A DNA stretch of 64,000 nt from Patescibacteria group bacterium (GTDB taxonomy: Bacteria > Patescibacteriota > Microgenomatia > JAMCYU01): the NCBI GenBank assembly GCA_023473585.1, contig JAMCYU010000004.1, positions 133,748 through 197,747 on the forward strand, read 5' to 3'. Positions 49,265 through 59,354 of the stretch are shown here, one piece after another (position 1 is the stretch's first letter; each line of letters starts with the position of its first letter). The position numbers were made by a program, and so were the translations under genes. The notes under the pieces were generated by a model. The model worked only from the letters and a program-made list of their open reading frames with translations. It did not search any database and was not told the DNA's origin.

Positions 49265-49924
49265 TCAGATTAAAATTTTTGCCTTCGTAACGCTGGGTTT
49301 TAGTTGATGAATGGTTTCAGCAACGACTTTTAAAACTTCATCTTGCGAAATCCCCAATTGACTGGCCACCCATAAATCTAAAGTAAATTTCCTGCCATTA
49401 ATTGTTGGCGTCTCGCCGGTCCTTAAATTAACCACCAGTTCCTCTTCTTCATGTTCGCCTTCAAGAACCCGGTATTCGCCACCGGCGGCTTTAACGGCCC
49501 CGACGGCTTCCTCGGCTGAAAGTTCTTGCCAGGGCAACCAGTTCGCAATGATCGTCGGAAAACCGGCTTTTTTCACCAAACCGAAAAAACCGCAACCGGA
49601 TTCATGATGATGTTCGTCTCCGTGAATCGTTGCCTTTAAATTTAAAGTTTTGATATCCGCAACCGCTTTTTTCAGGGCCTCTTGGGGCGCAAGATGTCCG
49701 TATTTCATGACCGCGACCCCGATGACTCCGCCCGGCCAGGCCACCCCGGCTTTGAATTTATCGTTGCCAACGGCTAATCTGCCATCAATGCAACGGAAAT
49801 CCCCGTCTTTTTCCGCTTTTTGGGTTTCCCCTTTTGACCCATCAATCTCTACCTGCCAACCCGAACTTTGTAAAAGAATAACATACCACTCTGCTGATAA
49901 TCTTTTTTGATTTTTTTCTGGCAT
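49265..49924 (-). CDS. Hypothetical protein
   Basis: Contains CIDGR and HGDEHHHESGCG, which may be metal-binding motifs; family unclear. Confidence 0.35.
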   Translation of the reverse strand: MPEKNQKRLSAEWYVILLQSSGWQVEIDGSKGETQKAEKDGDFRCIDGRLAVGNDKFKAGVAWPGGVIGVAVMKYGHLAPQEALKKAVADIKTLNLKATIHGDEHHHESGCGFFGLVKKAGFPTIIANWLPWQELSAEEAVGAVKAAGGEYRVLEGEHEEEELVVNLRTGETPTINGRKFTLDLWVASQLGISQDEVLKVVAETIHQLKPSVTKAKILI

Positions 49925-49926
49925 CT

Positions 49927-51327
49927 TTAACGGACCTTTCTCGCCCAAACTCCCTTGAGAGTGTCTTTAATCATAAAGCCTAAACCAAGAATTTTTTTTC
50001 TTATCAAGTCGGCCTCCTGCCACTTGCCTTCTTTTCTTAATTTGTCTCTCTCCTCTAATAATTTTTTTATTTCTTCAGGAATTGACAAATTGGTAAGGGA
50101 AGCCTTTTCTAGATTTAGTCCTAACACCTGGTCAAAAGCTAAAAGCAGATCTAGCTTATCGGGTGCCGGAATGTTGGATTTAACCAATTCCCAAACAACG
50201 GCTAAAGCCTGCGGAAGAGCCAGGTCATTATTCAGCGCCTCGTCAAATTGTTGACGGTAACGATCAATTTTGTCCATTTTTTCAAAGGAGACGCTGCTTT
50301 CGGTCTGACCCACTTGCCGAAGATCGGCAACGATCTGCCGCAGATTTTTCAAAGCCGTCTGGGCTCCTTCAAGTGCTTCCCAGGAAAATTTAAGACCCGA
50401 ACGATAATGAGAAGTCAAAATTAAATAACGTAAAGATAATGGCTCAAAACCTTTGTTCTGCAAATCCGAAACCGTGATAAAATTACCCAGGCTTTTGCTC
50501 ATTTTCCCGCCCCCTGCTTCCAACCAGCCGTTATGCAACCAATAATTGGCCGTCTGGCGACCGAAAGCCCCATATGCTTGAGCGATTTCGTTGGTATGAT
50601 GAACCGGGATGTGCTCCTTGCCGCCGGTATGAATATCGAAAGCTTCCCCTAAATACTTCGTGGACATCGCCGTACACTCGATATGCCAGCCGGGAAAACC
50701 TTTACCCCAGGGACTCTCCCATTGCATCGTGTGTTGGGGTTGATTGGTAATCCATAAAAGAAAATCCCAGGGCTTTTTCTTTTCCTTATCAACCTCGACT
50801 CTTGAACCGGCTTCCTGTTTATCTAAATCAAGCCTGGCAAAATCGGCATAGTGCGAAAATTTCGAGGTCTCAAAAACCAAACCCGTTTTGGTTTTGTAAG
50901 TGAAACCACGGGCTTCAATCTTTTTGATCAAATCTATCTGCTCCTGAATATGAGCGGTGGCCCGGCATAAAATATCTGGTCTTTGAATATTAAGAAGGTC
51001 AACACTTTCTAAAAATTGAGCTAAATATTTATCGGCGATTTCCCAAACCGTTAAGCCTTCTCTTTTTGCGCCTTTTTCCATTTTGTCCTCGCCCGCATCT
51101 TCGTCAGAAGTTAAATGCCCGACATCGGTAATATTCATGACCCATTTAACTTTAAAACCAAGATATCTTAAACTCCTAACCAAAACGTCCCAATGAACAT
51201 AGGCATACATATGCCCGATGTGTTGGTTCCAGTAAACGGTCGGCCCGCAGGAATAAATCCCGACAACGCCGTCTTTTATCGGTTTAAATTCTTCAATTTG
51301 ACGAGATAAGGTATTGTAAAAACGCAT
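49927..51327 (-). CDS. cysS: Cysteinyl-tRNA synthetase
   Basis: HIGH-type motif ([12 protein letters not shown]) and KMSKSLGN. Confidence 0.95.
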   Translation of the reverse strand: MRFYNTLSRQIEEFKPIKDGVVGIYSCGPTVYWNQHIGHMYAYVHWDVLVRSLRYLGFKVKWVMNITDVGHLTSDEDAGEDKMEKGAKREGLTVWEIADKYLAQFLESVDLLNIQRPDILCRATAHIQEQIDLIKKIEARGFTYKTKTGLVFETSKFSHYADFARLDLDKQEAGSRVEVDKEKKKPWDFLLWITNQPQHTMQWESPWGKGFPGWHIECTAMSTKYLGEAFDIHTGGKEHIPVHHTNEIAQAYGAFGRQTANYWLHNGWLEAGGGKMSKSLGNFITVSDLQNKGFEPLSLRYLILTSHYRSGLKFSWEALEGAQTALKNLRQIVADLRQVGQTESSVSFEKMDKIDRYRQQFDEALNNDLALPQALAVVWELVKSNIPAPDKLDLLLAFDQVLGLNLEKASLTNLSIPEEIKKLLEERDKLRKEGKWQEADLIRKKILGLGFMIKDTLKGVWARKVR

Positions 51328-51330
51328 AAT

Positions 51331-52065
51331 TCAATCAAAAGCGGCCTGATTAAAAATCGGCCAGATAACTCCTAAATCTTTGGCTTGACGTTGTTCTCGT
51401 ATCTCCCGTTGTTTCTGTATTATTAAACACTGTAGTCGATGGTATATTTCTCTAGTTGGTCCTTTTTCTCCGGCATATTTTTCTGCCAGTCGTTGTGCCA
51501 AAAATAATTCTAAATGGGCCAGATTCCCAGAGTTATCAACTGCCCTTAATGCTTCAATATAAGTATCTTTTTCATGTGGCCAGACAATAATCGGTCTCAG
51601 ATGGAATTTCCTGTTAATCATATCACATAACAATCTCACCGTTCGGCCATTACCGTCTTCAAAAGGATGAATTCTCACAAAGGCATAATGGGCAAAAGCA
51701 CTGGTTTCATTCATCGCCGGTAAGCAATCCAATCCCCGACTACATCCGGTTACTCTCAGATTTAAACTTTGGCTGAATTCTGCCATTAAAGAAGAAACAT
51801 TAACCCAGTCAGGTGGCACAAAACTGGCCCTATTAATACCAACGTTTAGTGTCCGATAATGACCTGCTGCTGCTTCAGGTAAAAGATTGGTCATCACTAT
51901 GCGATGAATTCCTTTAATGGTGTCTTCGGTAATCGGACCCTTGTTTCCTGCCTGACGATCAGCATACTGCAGGGCTCGATGGGTGTTTTCGTAAGCGAGA
52001 ACGTCTCCATTAATTGGAACTCTTTCCGGCGCCATTCCCACTAAAGACTCTTTTTTCTCATTCAT
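51331..52065 (-). CDS. Fic-family protein (AMPylator-type)
   Basis: Canonical Fic motif HPFEDGNGRTVRLL. Confidence 0.85.
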   Translation of the reverse strand: MNEKKESLVGMAPERVPINGDVLAYENTHRALQYADRQAGNKGPITEDTIKGIHRIVMTNLLPEAAAGHYRTLNVGINRASFVPPDWVNVSSLMAEFSQSLNLRVTGCSRGLDCLPAMNETSAFAHYAFVRIHPFEDGNGRTVRLLCDMINRKFHLRPIIVWPHEKDTYIEALRAVDNSGNLAHLELFLAQRLAEKYAGEKGPTREIYHRLQCLIIQKQREIREQRQAKDLGVIWPIFNQAAFD

Positions 52066-52292
52066 TATTCTTTCTCCCCTCTAGTCTTTCGTCTTGCAAA
52101 AAGCTTAACTAGTTCTTCTATTTCTTGAGGGTTTAATTTGAAATCAGCCCGAAGTTTTCTTCTAAGAGTCCATGGTCGGAGATTAATATTCTCAATATCC
52201 AAATTAGATAAGGTCCTTGCTGCCGCTTCAAAGTCAGTACTTGCTGGCTTTAAAGAATCATCAGGTCCGGTATTTCCGGCTTCTTTATCCAC
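52065..52292 (-). CDS. Small hypothetical protein overlapping the Fic start (possible antitoxin/regulator)
   Basis: 75-aa ORF whose stop shares 1 nt with the Fic ATG. It lacks a strict S/TxxxE(G/N) inhibitory motif. Confidence 0.3.
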   Translation of the reverse strand: MDKEAGNTGPDDSLKPASTDFEAAARTLSNLDIENINLRPWTLRRKLRADFKLNPQEIEELVKLFARRKTRGEKE

Positions 52293-52677
52293 TGATGCCT
52301 CCTTTTCTCTCGCCGGTCCCCCATTTTGGTTTGGAAGCAGAAACCGGCGGCGGGAGCTTGGGCGCCTTTCGGGTAAGAGAGTTTGAGAGTTCCCCAGCTG
52401 GTTCTTTGGGCGGCTTGTAAGAAGAGTGAATAATCTGCTGGACGTAAGGTAAAGCGGCGGCTTTCTGTTTTTTTTCCTGTTTTCGCAACTTTTGTATTTT
52501 TCCTCTTTGGGGAATTTCGATCCCGGTTAAAGGATCGGTCTTTATCTTTCCTCCCGTGACTTGAGCCATCGCCCTCGAAGCCAAATCAGCCGGCAATTTT
52601 ACCATCTGACTCGCGGCTTGTTTGCGGATTTGCTCTAATTGCTCAAGGGTCTCACTCAAGATGACGGGTTTATCCAT
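52285..52677 (-). CDS. Hypothetical Lys/Pro-rich protein
   Basis: No recognisable motif. Confidence 0.35.
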   Translation of the reverse strand: MDKPVILSETLEQLEQIRKQAASQMVKLPADLASRAMAQVTGGKIKTDPLTGIEIPQRGKIQKLRKQEKKQKAAALPYVQQIIHSSYKPPKEPAGELSNSLTRKAPKLPPPVSASKPKWGTGERKGGISG

Positions 52678-52678
52678 A

Positions 52679-52981
52679 TTAGGGCATTTTTAATTTCTCT
52701 TTGGCTTCTTTAGTCATTTTTTCCGGCGTCCAGGGAGGATCAAAAGTTATTTCCACTTTAACTTTTTTGACATTTTTAATTTCTTTGACTTTTCTTATAA
52801 CTTCCTGATCAAACATCGCGGCCATCGGACAACCCGGGGTCGTTAGGGTCATTAAAACCGAAACATCGTCACCGTCAATCTTAATTTCGTAAACCAAACC
52901 TAAATCCAAAATGGAGATGCCGATTTCCGGATCAAGAACTTCTTTTAATTTTTCCTCAACTTGTTTTTGCGTTACTCCCAT
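52679..52981 (-). CDS. DUF59 / MIP18-family Fe-S cluster assembly protein (SufT-like)
   Basis: LTTPGCPMAAM is the characteristic DUF59 motif. Confidence 0.65.
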   Translation of the reverse strand: MGVTQKQVEEKLKEVLDPEIGISILDLGLVYEIKIDGDDVSVLMTLTTPGCPMAAMFDQEVIRKVKEIKNVKKVKVEITFDPPWTPEKMTKEAKEKLKMP

Positions 52982-53590
52982 TTAAAAATCCTTTCTGCCT
53001 TCAAGCGCCCGAGACAAAGTTACTTCATCAGCATACTCTAAATCCCCGCCGGTTGGCAAACCCTGACCTAATCTCGTAATTTTAAATTTTAAATTTGAAA
53101 TTTTAAATTGATTTTTGATGTACATGGCCGTCGCTTCTCCTTCCATATTGGGATTGGTTGCCAAAATAATTTCCGAAACCGGGTAGGCAAAGGATTTAGT
53201 CCTTTCTAAAAGTTTCTCAATATAAAGCTCATCCGGACCGATATTATTTAAGGGAGAAATCGCTCCGTGAAGAACATGATAAACACCCTGATATTTGCCA
53301 GTTTTTTCCAAAGCCAAAACATCCAAAGCTTGTTCCACGACACAGATTATTTTTTTGTCACGTTTGGGATCCGAACAAGTCGGGCAGGGATCGCTTTCGG
53401 TCACGTTAAAACAAACGGAGCAAAGAACCGTTTTTTGTTTTAAACTCTTTAGGGCCTCGCTAAAATCCTCCAGTTGCTCCTGCGGGACATGAAGAAGATA
53501 AAAAGTTAATCTTTGGGCGCTTTTTGGCCCGATACCCGGCAGTCTTTCAAAAGATTCAATTAATTTTTGCAAGGATTTAGGAAGCTGCAT
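52982..53590 (-). CDS. recR: Recombination protein RecR
   Basis: Start MQLPKSLQKLIESFERLPGIGPKSAQRL (HhH), C4 zinc finger CSVCFNVTESDPCPTC, Toprim, and C-terminal GEATAMYI...GGDLEY. Confidence 0.9.
   Translation of the reverse strand: MQLPKSLQKLIESFERLPGIGPKSAQRLTFYLLHVPQEQLEDFSEALKSLKQKTVLCSVCFNVTESDPCPTCSDPKRDKKIICVVEQALDVLALEKTGKYQGVYHVLHGAISPLNNIGPDELYIEKLLERTKSFAYPVSEIILATNPNMEGEATAMYIKNQFKISNLKFKITRLGQGLPTGGDLEYADEVTLSRALEGRKDF
53068..53103. repeat. AT-rich octamer tandem repeat (AATTTKAA)x4 in frame inside recR
   Basis: TAATTTTAAATTTTAAATTTGAAATTTTAAATTGATT encodes KNQFKISNLKFKI. It is 33/36 identical to the repeat inside the kinase gene at 57178-57215. Confidence 0.8.
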
Positions 53591-53597
53591 AGAGAAA

Positions 53598-54506
53598 TTA
53601 TAGCACTTTTTTGATAGCTTCGACCAGAAGCTGATCGACAGAAACGATTTTAAGTTTGGAAAAAAGTTGGGCTGAGGGAACAAGAATCGTATCGGAAACA
53701 AAAATTTTCTCAAGAGAAGAATTAGCTAGTTTTTCTTTGGCACCGTCAATAAAATTAGCGTGCGTGGCGCAAACGAAAACTTTTTTAGCGCCGAATTTTT
53801 TTAAAATTTCGGCGGCACCGACAACCGTTCCTCCTCCGGCAATGATGTCGTCAACAATGACACAAGTTTTCTTTTTTACCTGCCCGATAACATTTAGAGT
53901 TTCAAGCTCGTGAATTTTGTCTAGGTTTCTTTTTTTTTCAACCATCGCCAAAGGAGCATTGACTTTTTCCGCAAATGATTGAGCTCTTTTCGCCCCGCCG
54001 GCATCGGGAGCCACGATAATAAGATCATCTTTAAGTTTTTCTATTTCCGACTGAAAAATGGAAAGACCGAAAAGTTGAGAAACCGGGATATCAAAAAATG
54101 AAGCCACGGAATCACTGTGTAAATCAATCGTCACGATTCTCTCAATGCTCATGGTTTCGATAAGCTTTGTCACGACGCGAGCCGAAATACTCTCGCCTGG
54201 CCGATAAGCTTTATCCTGCCTTCCATAACCGAAATAAGGAATAACGGCAATAATTTTTTCGGCTTCACTTTGTTTTAGAGCATCGCAGATTAAGAAAAAT
54301 TCCATTAAATGATTATCAACCGGATTGGAAAATGAAGTAATGACGAAACAAATCTTACCCCGAACGTCTTCTTCAATTCTGACTCTACCTTCAGAATCGG
54401 CAAAACGCACAATCTCTATTTTTGCCAAAGGCATTCCCAGTTTGGCGGCGATTTTACCCGCCAGAGGTAAATTGGAACTCCCAGCAAAAATTTTAAAATC
54501 TTTCAT
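53598..54506 (-). CDS. prs: Ribose-phosphate pyrophosphokinase
   Basis: PRPP-binding motif VIVDDIIAGGGT and the N-terminal Prs domain. Confidence 0.9.
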   Translation of the reverse strand: MKDFKIFAGSSNLPLAGKIAAKLGMPLAKIEIVRFADSEGRVRIEEDVRGKICFVITSFSNPVDNHLMEFFLICDALKQSEAEKIIAVIPYFGYGRQDKAYRPGESISARVVTKLIETMSIERIVTIDLHSDSVASFFDIPVSQLFGLSIFQSEIEKLKDDLIIVAPDAGGAKRAQSFAEKVNAPLAMVEKKRNLDKIHELETLNVIGQVKKKTCVIVDDIIAGGGTVVGAAEILKKFGAKKVFVCATHANFIDGAKEKLANSSLEKIFVSDTILVPSAQLFSKLKIVSVDQLLVEAIKKVL

Positions 54507-55345
54507 TTGTTTCTTGCCCCTCGGGAAAAATCATGAAAAAGCTCCATTATCCTTTTGGTGTTTTCTCCCACTCTGCCGTTTCCCACCGTGAGATTATCAA
54601 TCTGGACAACGGGCATAACTTCTTTATTGCTGGCCGTAATGAAAGCCTCATCGATTTCCTCAAGCTCTTGATATTTAATCGGCCTAAAAACCGTTTTGAA
54701 TTCTTTTTTGGCAAGGTCAATAACAACCTGGCGCGTTATTCCCTTTAAGATTTCATCTTGGGGCGTAATCAAATTCCCGTTCTTGAAGATAAAAAAACTG
54801 CTTGTTGTTCCTTCCAGGACTTCTCCCCTTTTGTTGGTGTAAAGCGCCTCGATGGCTTTTTTCTTTTTGGCAATTTTTAAAGCTAAAATCGCCGGAATAT
54901 AATTTATTGTTTTCGCCAAATGGTAAGATCTGCCGAAAGGAACCGTGACAACTTTAATGCCCTTTTCATAATAAGCGACGGGGAAACTAATCGCCGGAGT
55001 TATAATCACGGCCAAGGTTGGTTTATCGGCCGGTGTGATTTGGTCTAAACTTACGCCGCCGGTTAATAGAATTTTGATATTGGCTTCAGGCAGGTTGTTT
55101 TTAGCTAAAGTTTTAATGGTCATTTGTTTGATTTGACTAATGGGTGGACATTCAAGACCAATTTGTTTGGCAGAATTTTGCAGGCGTTTCAAGTGCTCGT
55201 CAAGTTTAAAGGGCTTACCATTGTAGGTTCTTAAAAAATCAAAAACCCCGTAGCCACGGATAAGGCCAAGGTCAAGAATGGAAACCCTGGCTTTGTCTTT
55301 AGAAACAAATTTTCCATTAACGTAAAAAATAAGGTTTTTAGACAT
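54503..55345 (-). CDS. Class IV PLP aminotransferase (branched-chain or D-amino-acid aminotransferase)
   Basis: Aminotransferase class IV fold (E..G.SSF); about 280 aa. Confidence 0.8.
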   Translation of the reverse strand: MSKNLIFYVNGKFVSKDKARVSILDLGLIRGYGVFDFLRTYNGKPFKLDEHLKRLQNSAKQIGLECPPISQIKQMTIKTLAKNNLPEANIKILLTGGVSLDQITPADKPTLAVIITPAISFPVAYYEKGIKVVTVPFGRSYHLAKTINYIPAILALKIAKKKKAIEALYTNKRGEVLEGTTSSFFIFKNGNLITPQDEILKGITRQVVIDLAKKEFKTVFRPIKYQELEEIDEAFITASNKEVMPVVQIDNLTVGNGRVGENTKRIMELFHDFSRGARNK

Positions 55346-55348
55346 TTC

Positions 55349-56620
55349 TTACGTGCCTTCTTGCCAAGAAGTTAAGTATCTTTTTTGTTCAGGCGTCAAT
55401 TTGTCAATTTCGACATTCATGCTTTTAAGTTTTAAACTGGCGATTTGCCGATCTAATTCTTCCGGTAAAGTATAAACAATCGGTTTTAAGTCTTTTCTCT
55501 TTTGTAATATCCATTCGGCCGCCAAAGCTTGATTCGCAAACGACATGTCCATAACTTCCGGCGGATGACCTTCGGCAGCGACAAGATTGATTAAACGGCC
55601 CTCACCTAAAACATAAATAGTTCGGGGTTCTAAGTTATGAGTTCGGAGTTTGTATTCAGTTACGTATTCCCGAACCTGCCGTTTTGAAACGGCTTTCTTT
55701 TCCAACTCCTCAACCGCGACCTCAACATTAAAATGACCGCTATTGGCCAAAATCGCTTTGTCTTTCATTTTTTCGATATTTTTAAAAGAGATGACTTCTT
55801 TGTCGCCGGTGGCGGTGACAAAAATATCGCCGATTTTGGCAGCTTGACTAATCGTCATGACTTCAAAGCCGTCCATAACCGCCTCCAATGCCTTGATAGG
55901 ATCAACTTCGGTAATAACAACTTTAGCTCCCATGCCTCTCGCCCGAGAGGCAATCCCCCGACCACACCAACCATAACCACAAACAACAAAGTTCTTTCCG
56001 GCTAAGAGAAGATTGGTGGCTCGTAAGATACCGTCAATCGTTGATTGACCGGTTCCGTAGCGATTATCAAAAAAATGTTTTGTCTGACTGTCATTAACGG
56101 CAATGACCGGAATTTTTAAGGCGTCGTCCTGTTCCATGGCCTTAAGCCTAATAACTCCGGTGGTTGTTTCCTCGCTGGAACCGTAAATTTCTGAAATTTG
56201 TTTTTTTCTGTTTTTATGAATTTCAGAAACTAAATCGGCTCCGTCATCCATCGTAATCTGCGGATGGGTCTCTAAAACCGCTTTCAAATGTTGGTAATAA
56301 GTTTTATTATCCTCGCCTTTTTTGGCAAAAACAGGAATCCCAAAATCGGTCGCTAAAGAAGCGGCGACATCATCTTGAGTCGAGAGCGGATTTGAAGCAC
56401 AAAGAGCAACACTGGCTCCTCCGGCTTTTAAAGTTAAAACTAAGTTTGCCGTTTCGGCCGTAACGTGTAAACAAGCACCGATTTTAATATTTTTAAGTGG
56501 TTTTTCCTTAGAAAAACGTTCCTTAATAAGATTTAAAACCGGCATGTGACTCCCCGTCCATTCAATTCTCAATTTTCCCAAAACGGAGAAAGACGGGTCT
56601 TTAATGTCAAAATTCGCCAT
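55349..56620 (-). CDS. ahcY: Adenosylhomocysteinase
   Basis: NAD-binding GYGWCGRG and AhcY core motifs. Confidence 0.9.
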   Translation of the reverse strand: MANFDIKDPSFSVLGKLRIEWTGSHMPVLNLIKERFSKEKPLKNIKIGACLHVTAETANLVLTLKAGGASVALCASNPLSTQDDVAASLATDFGIPVFAKKGEDNKTYYQHLKAVLETHPQITMDDGADLVSEIHKNRKKQISEIYGSSEETTTGVIRLKAMEQDDALKIPVIAVNDSQTKHFFDNRYGTGQSTIDGILRATNLLLAGKNFVVCGYGWCGRGIASRARGMGAKVVITEVDPIKALEAVMDGFEVMTISQAAKIGDIFVTATGDKEVISFKNIEKMKDKAILANSGHFNVEVAVEELEKKAVSKRQVREYVTEYKLRTHNLEPRTIYVLGEGRLINLVAAEGHPPEVMDMSFANQALAAEWILQKRKDLKPIVYTLPEELDRQIASLKLKSMNVEIDKLTPEQKRYLTSWQEGT

Positions 56621-57588
56621 TTTAAATCCTCTCTAAAATTTTCTTGATAACGATTTTTAAATTCTTCCACGGTAAATTTATGAGTTGTTGTTCCGTATTT
56701 TTCGACAGTGTAAACTGCCGCGATGCTCCCCATTTTACCACAAGTCTTTAAAGGTAGTCCACGAAGAAAACCGGCCAGAAATCCTGCCCGATAAGCATCA
56801 CCGGCCCCGGTTGGATCAAGAACTTCGCGCGGTTTGGCTGGTGGTATTTTGTACGTTTTTCCGTCAGCTTCGACGATCGATCCCTTGTCTCCTAATGTTG
56901 TTATCCAGACTTGAGATATAGTTTGACCTATTGATTCCCCGCCTGCGCCGAGGCTTCGGCGGGCAGGCCGGAATCGGTTGCGAATTAAGGCTATTTCATA
57001 ATCATTTCCAGTGACAATTTTCGCTCCCTCAATTCCTAATTTTAAATCTTTGTCTGATAATCTCGGTAACTGCATCCCCGGGTCAAACATATATGGCAGA
57101 TTCAATTTAAGACAATTGTTAACATGGTTATTCATGGCTTTTGGTTCATTCGGAGATATGACAACAAAAGGAGTTTGTCCAATTTGAAATTTGAAATTTG
57201 AAATTTGAAATTGTGCGCTTGCACGCATGGCTCCCGGGTAAAAACCGGTAATTTGGTTATCAACCATGTCCGTAAAAATAAAAGCCGAGGCAGTTGGTTC
57301 TGCTTCAATGATTGATATCATTGAAGTGTCAACACCAACTTTTTCTAGTTCACTTTTATATTCAGCAAAATCATAACCGGCCGTGGCTAAAACGGTAGGT
57401 CTTAAACCGAGTAGTGCTAAATTATAAGCAATATTGCCGGCGGTCCCGCCGTACTGTTTTTGCAATTTCTCGACTAAAAAAGAGAGGTTAATCTCATGAA
57501 TTTTTTCAGGTAAAATATGGTCGCCAAATTTACCCGGAAAATTCATAATTAAATCAAAGGCTAAAGAACCGGTAATAATTACTTTCAT
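56569..57588 (-). CDS. PfkB-family carbohydrate/nucleoside kinase
   Basis: N-terminal GG motif ([15 protein letters not shown]) and C-terminal [13 protein letters not shown]. Overlaps the ahcY start by 52 nt. Confidence 0.75.
   Translation of the reverse strand: MKVIITGSLAFDLIMNFPGKFGDHILPEKIHEINLSFLVEKLQKQYGGTAGNIAYNLALLGLRPTVLATAGYDFAEYKSELEKVGVDTSMISIIEAEPTASAFIFTDMVDNQITGFYPGAMRASAQFQISNFKFQIGQTPFVVISPNEPKAMNNHVNNCLKLNLPYMFDPGMQLPRLSDKDLKLGIEGAKIVTGNDYEIALIRNRFRPARRSLGAGGESIGQTISQVWITTLGDKGSIVEADGKTYKIPPAKPREVLDPTGAGDAYRAGFLAGFLRGLPLKTCGKMGSIAAVYTVEKYGTTTHKFTVEEFKNRYQENFREDLKWRILTLKTRLSPFWEN
57178..57215. repeat. Perfect (AATTTGAA)x4 tandem repeat in frame inside the kinase gene
   Basis: Encodes [11 protein letters not shown]. 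Near-identical to the recR copy. Confidence 0.85.
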
Positions 57589-58109
57589 AATTTTATCAGG
57601 GAGATGATTTTATAATCTTTTAGTCTTTTTCGGGGATGAAGATAAGTTAATTCATTAAGAAAAAGAAAAGCGGTCACTTTCCCACCGGCTTTCTCCACCA
57701 GTTTGGCTGCGGCCAAAGCTGTCCCGCCGGTAGCTACCAGGTCATCAACGATTAAGACTTTTTCTCCTTTTTTGAGAGCGTCAGCGTGAATTTTAACGCC
57801 GTCGATTCCGTATTCTAACTGATATTTTTCGCTAATAACTTTTCTCGGCAGAAGTTTATTTAGTTTACGCACCGGCACAAAACCGACTTTTCTTTTTTGA
57901 GCGATTAAAGAACCGAAAATATACCCGCGGGACTCAATGGCCAAAACTTTAGTAAATTTGGTTTTAGAGATTTTACCAAGCATTTGTTTTAAAGCTTCGT
58001 CGAAATAGACAGGATCTAAAAGCAAGGGGGTCAGGTCACGAAAAACGATTCCCTTTTGGGGAAAATCAGGAATATCCATGATTTTAGAACGAAGATTGAG
58101 TTTAGACAT
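57585..58109 (-). CDS. apt: Adenine phosphoribosyltransferase
   Basis: [16 protein letters not shown] and PRPP motif [13 protein letters not shown]. The ATG at 58107-58109 is the likely start; the track uses an upstream TTG. Confidence 0.85.
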   Translation of the reverse strand: MSKLNLRSKIMDIPDFPQKGIVFRDLTPLLLDPVYFDEALKQMLGKISKTKFTKVLAIESRGYIFGSLIAQKRKVGFVPVRKLNKLLPRKVISEKYQLEYGIDGVKIHADALKKGEKVLIVDDLVATGGTALAAAKLVEKAGGKVTAFLFLNELTYLHPRKRLKDYKIISLIKL

Positions 58110-58118
58110 AAATAACAA

Positions 58119-58194
58119 AATTTCTAATTATTCTAATTTCTAATTAACCTAAAAAAATCCTAACTTGGAAAATTCATTTAGAAATTAGGTCAAT
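58119..58194. repeat. CTAATT-rich palindromic intergenic element, copy R2
   Basis: AAATTTCTAATTATTCTAATTTCTAATTAACCTAA...TTTAGAAATTAGGTCAATTT, with terminal inverted repeats AATTTCTAA/TTAGAAATT and core TTGACCTAATTTCTAAAT on the reverse strand. Confidence 0.7.
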
Positions 58195-58992
58195 TTAAAT
58201 CCTAGCTTCTTTAAGGGCATCTCCACACTCACACGTACGACTTTTGGGTATTTTTTTGATCATCTCTCTGACTAATTTTTTTGCTTCAGCAATATTTTCT
58301 CCAAAAACTTGCATAATCTCATCAGTGGAGACCGGTGGTAATTTTTCCCAAGCAACTATGCCAACATCATAATCGGTCACGATGGCAATCGAACTATAAC
58401 ATATTTCCAGTTCTTTAGCCAAAGCAACTTCTGGATAGCCGGTCATATTAATAATATCCCAGCCCATTTTGGTGAACCATTCGCTTTCGGCTTTGGTGGA
58501 AAACCGAGGGCCTTCAACAATTACCAGGGTTCCCTTCCGATGAACCCGTAATCCTTGTTTTAAACTAATCTCGTAGGCTATTTTGTTGATTTCCGGACAG
58601 TAAGGATAAGCAGTAGAAATATGAACCGTTTTTGGCCCATCAAAGAAAGTTGCTTGCCGGCCGGAGGTTCTATCAACAAACTGATCAATGACAACAAAAT
58701 CCCCTCTTTTAATTTGTTTTTGAAGAGAACCACAGGCGGTCAGGGAAATAATTCTTTGCACGCCGAGTTTTTTTAAAGCCCAAAGATTGGCCTTATAGGG
58801 GATTTTGTGAGGAGGAAACTGGTGATGCTTACCATGACGCGGTAAAAAAATGACTTGCCGCCCGGTCATTTCACCCACGGCGATTTTGTCCGAAGGAAAG
58901 CCGTAAGGTGTTTCAATTTTTATTTCCTTAGCTTTATCCAACAGTTGATAAAATCCCGAACCGCCGATGATCGCAATGTCCACATTCGTCAT
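58195..58992 (-). CDS. mtnP: S-methyl-5-thioadenosine phosphorylase / purine nucleoside phosphorylase (PNP-UDP family)
   Basis: MTNVDIAIIGGSGFY, phosphate-binding and purine-binding motifs, and a C-terminal Cys cluster typical of MTAP. Confidence 0.8.
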   Translation of the reverse strand: MTNVDIAIIGGSGFYQLLDKAKEIKIETPYGFPSDKIAVGEMTGRQVIFLPRHGKHHQFPPHKIPYKANLWALKKLGVQRIISLTACGSLQKQIKRGDFVVIDQFVDRTSGRQATFFDGPKTVHISTAYPYCPEINKIAYEISLKQGLRVHRKGTLVIVEGPRFSTKAESEWFTKMGWDIINMTGYPEVALAKELEICYSSIAIVTDYDVGIVAWEKLPPVSTDEIMQVFGENIAEAKKLVREMIKKIPKSRTCECGDALKEARI

Positions 58993-59077
58993 AATTTCTA
59001 ATTCCTAATTATTCTAATTAACTTAAATAAGTCTCAATTTAGAAATTAGGTCAACTAGATTAATTTCTAGCTACTCA
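58993..59077. repeat. CTAATT-rich palindromic intergenic element, copy R3
   Basis: ATAATTTCTAATTCCTAATTATTCTAATTAAC...CAATTTAGAAATTAGGTCAACTAG; same family as R1 and R2. Confidence 0.7.
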
Positions 59078-59353
59078 TCATCCCAAAAGTCCTCCCAAAC
59101 CGCCACTCATTTCCTGAAGTTTTTTGGCGGCCAATTCCTGGGATTTTTTAATGGCTTCATTTAGGGCTTCTAAAAGCCTTCTATCCTGGGCGCCGTCAAC
59201 CATCACCGATTGAATTTTCTGATCACCGGTAATTTCGATTTTGACCCCGTCTCTTTCAATCGTTATGACTTCCTGCGCCAGACTTTGCTGAATCTGCATC
59301 GCTTGATCTCGCATGGCTTTTAAATCACCCAAACCTTTTAAAGGATTAATCAT
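59078..59353 (-). CDS. ybaB: Nucleoid-associated protein YbaB/EbfC
   Basis: MINPLKGLGDLKAMRDQAMQIQQSL; about 90 aa; follows dnaX, which is the conserved synteny. Confidence 0.8.
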   Translation of the reverse strand: MINPLKGLGDLKAMRDQAMQIQQSLAQEVITIERDGVKIEITGDQKIQSVMVDGAQDRRLLEALNEAIKKSQELAAKKLQEMSGGLGGLLG

Positions 59354-59354
59354 T

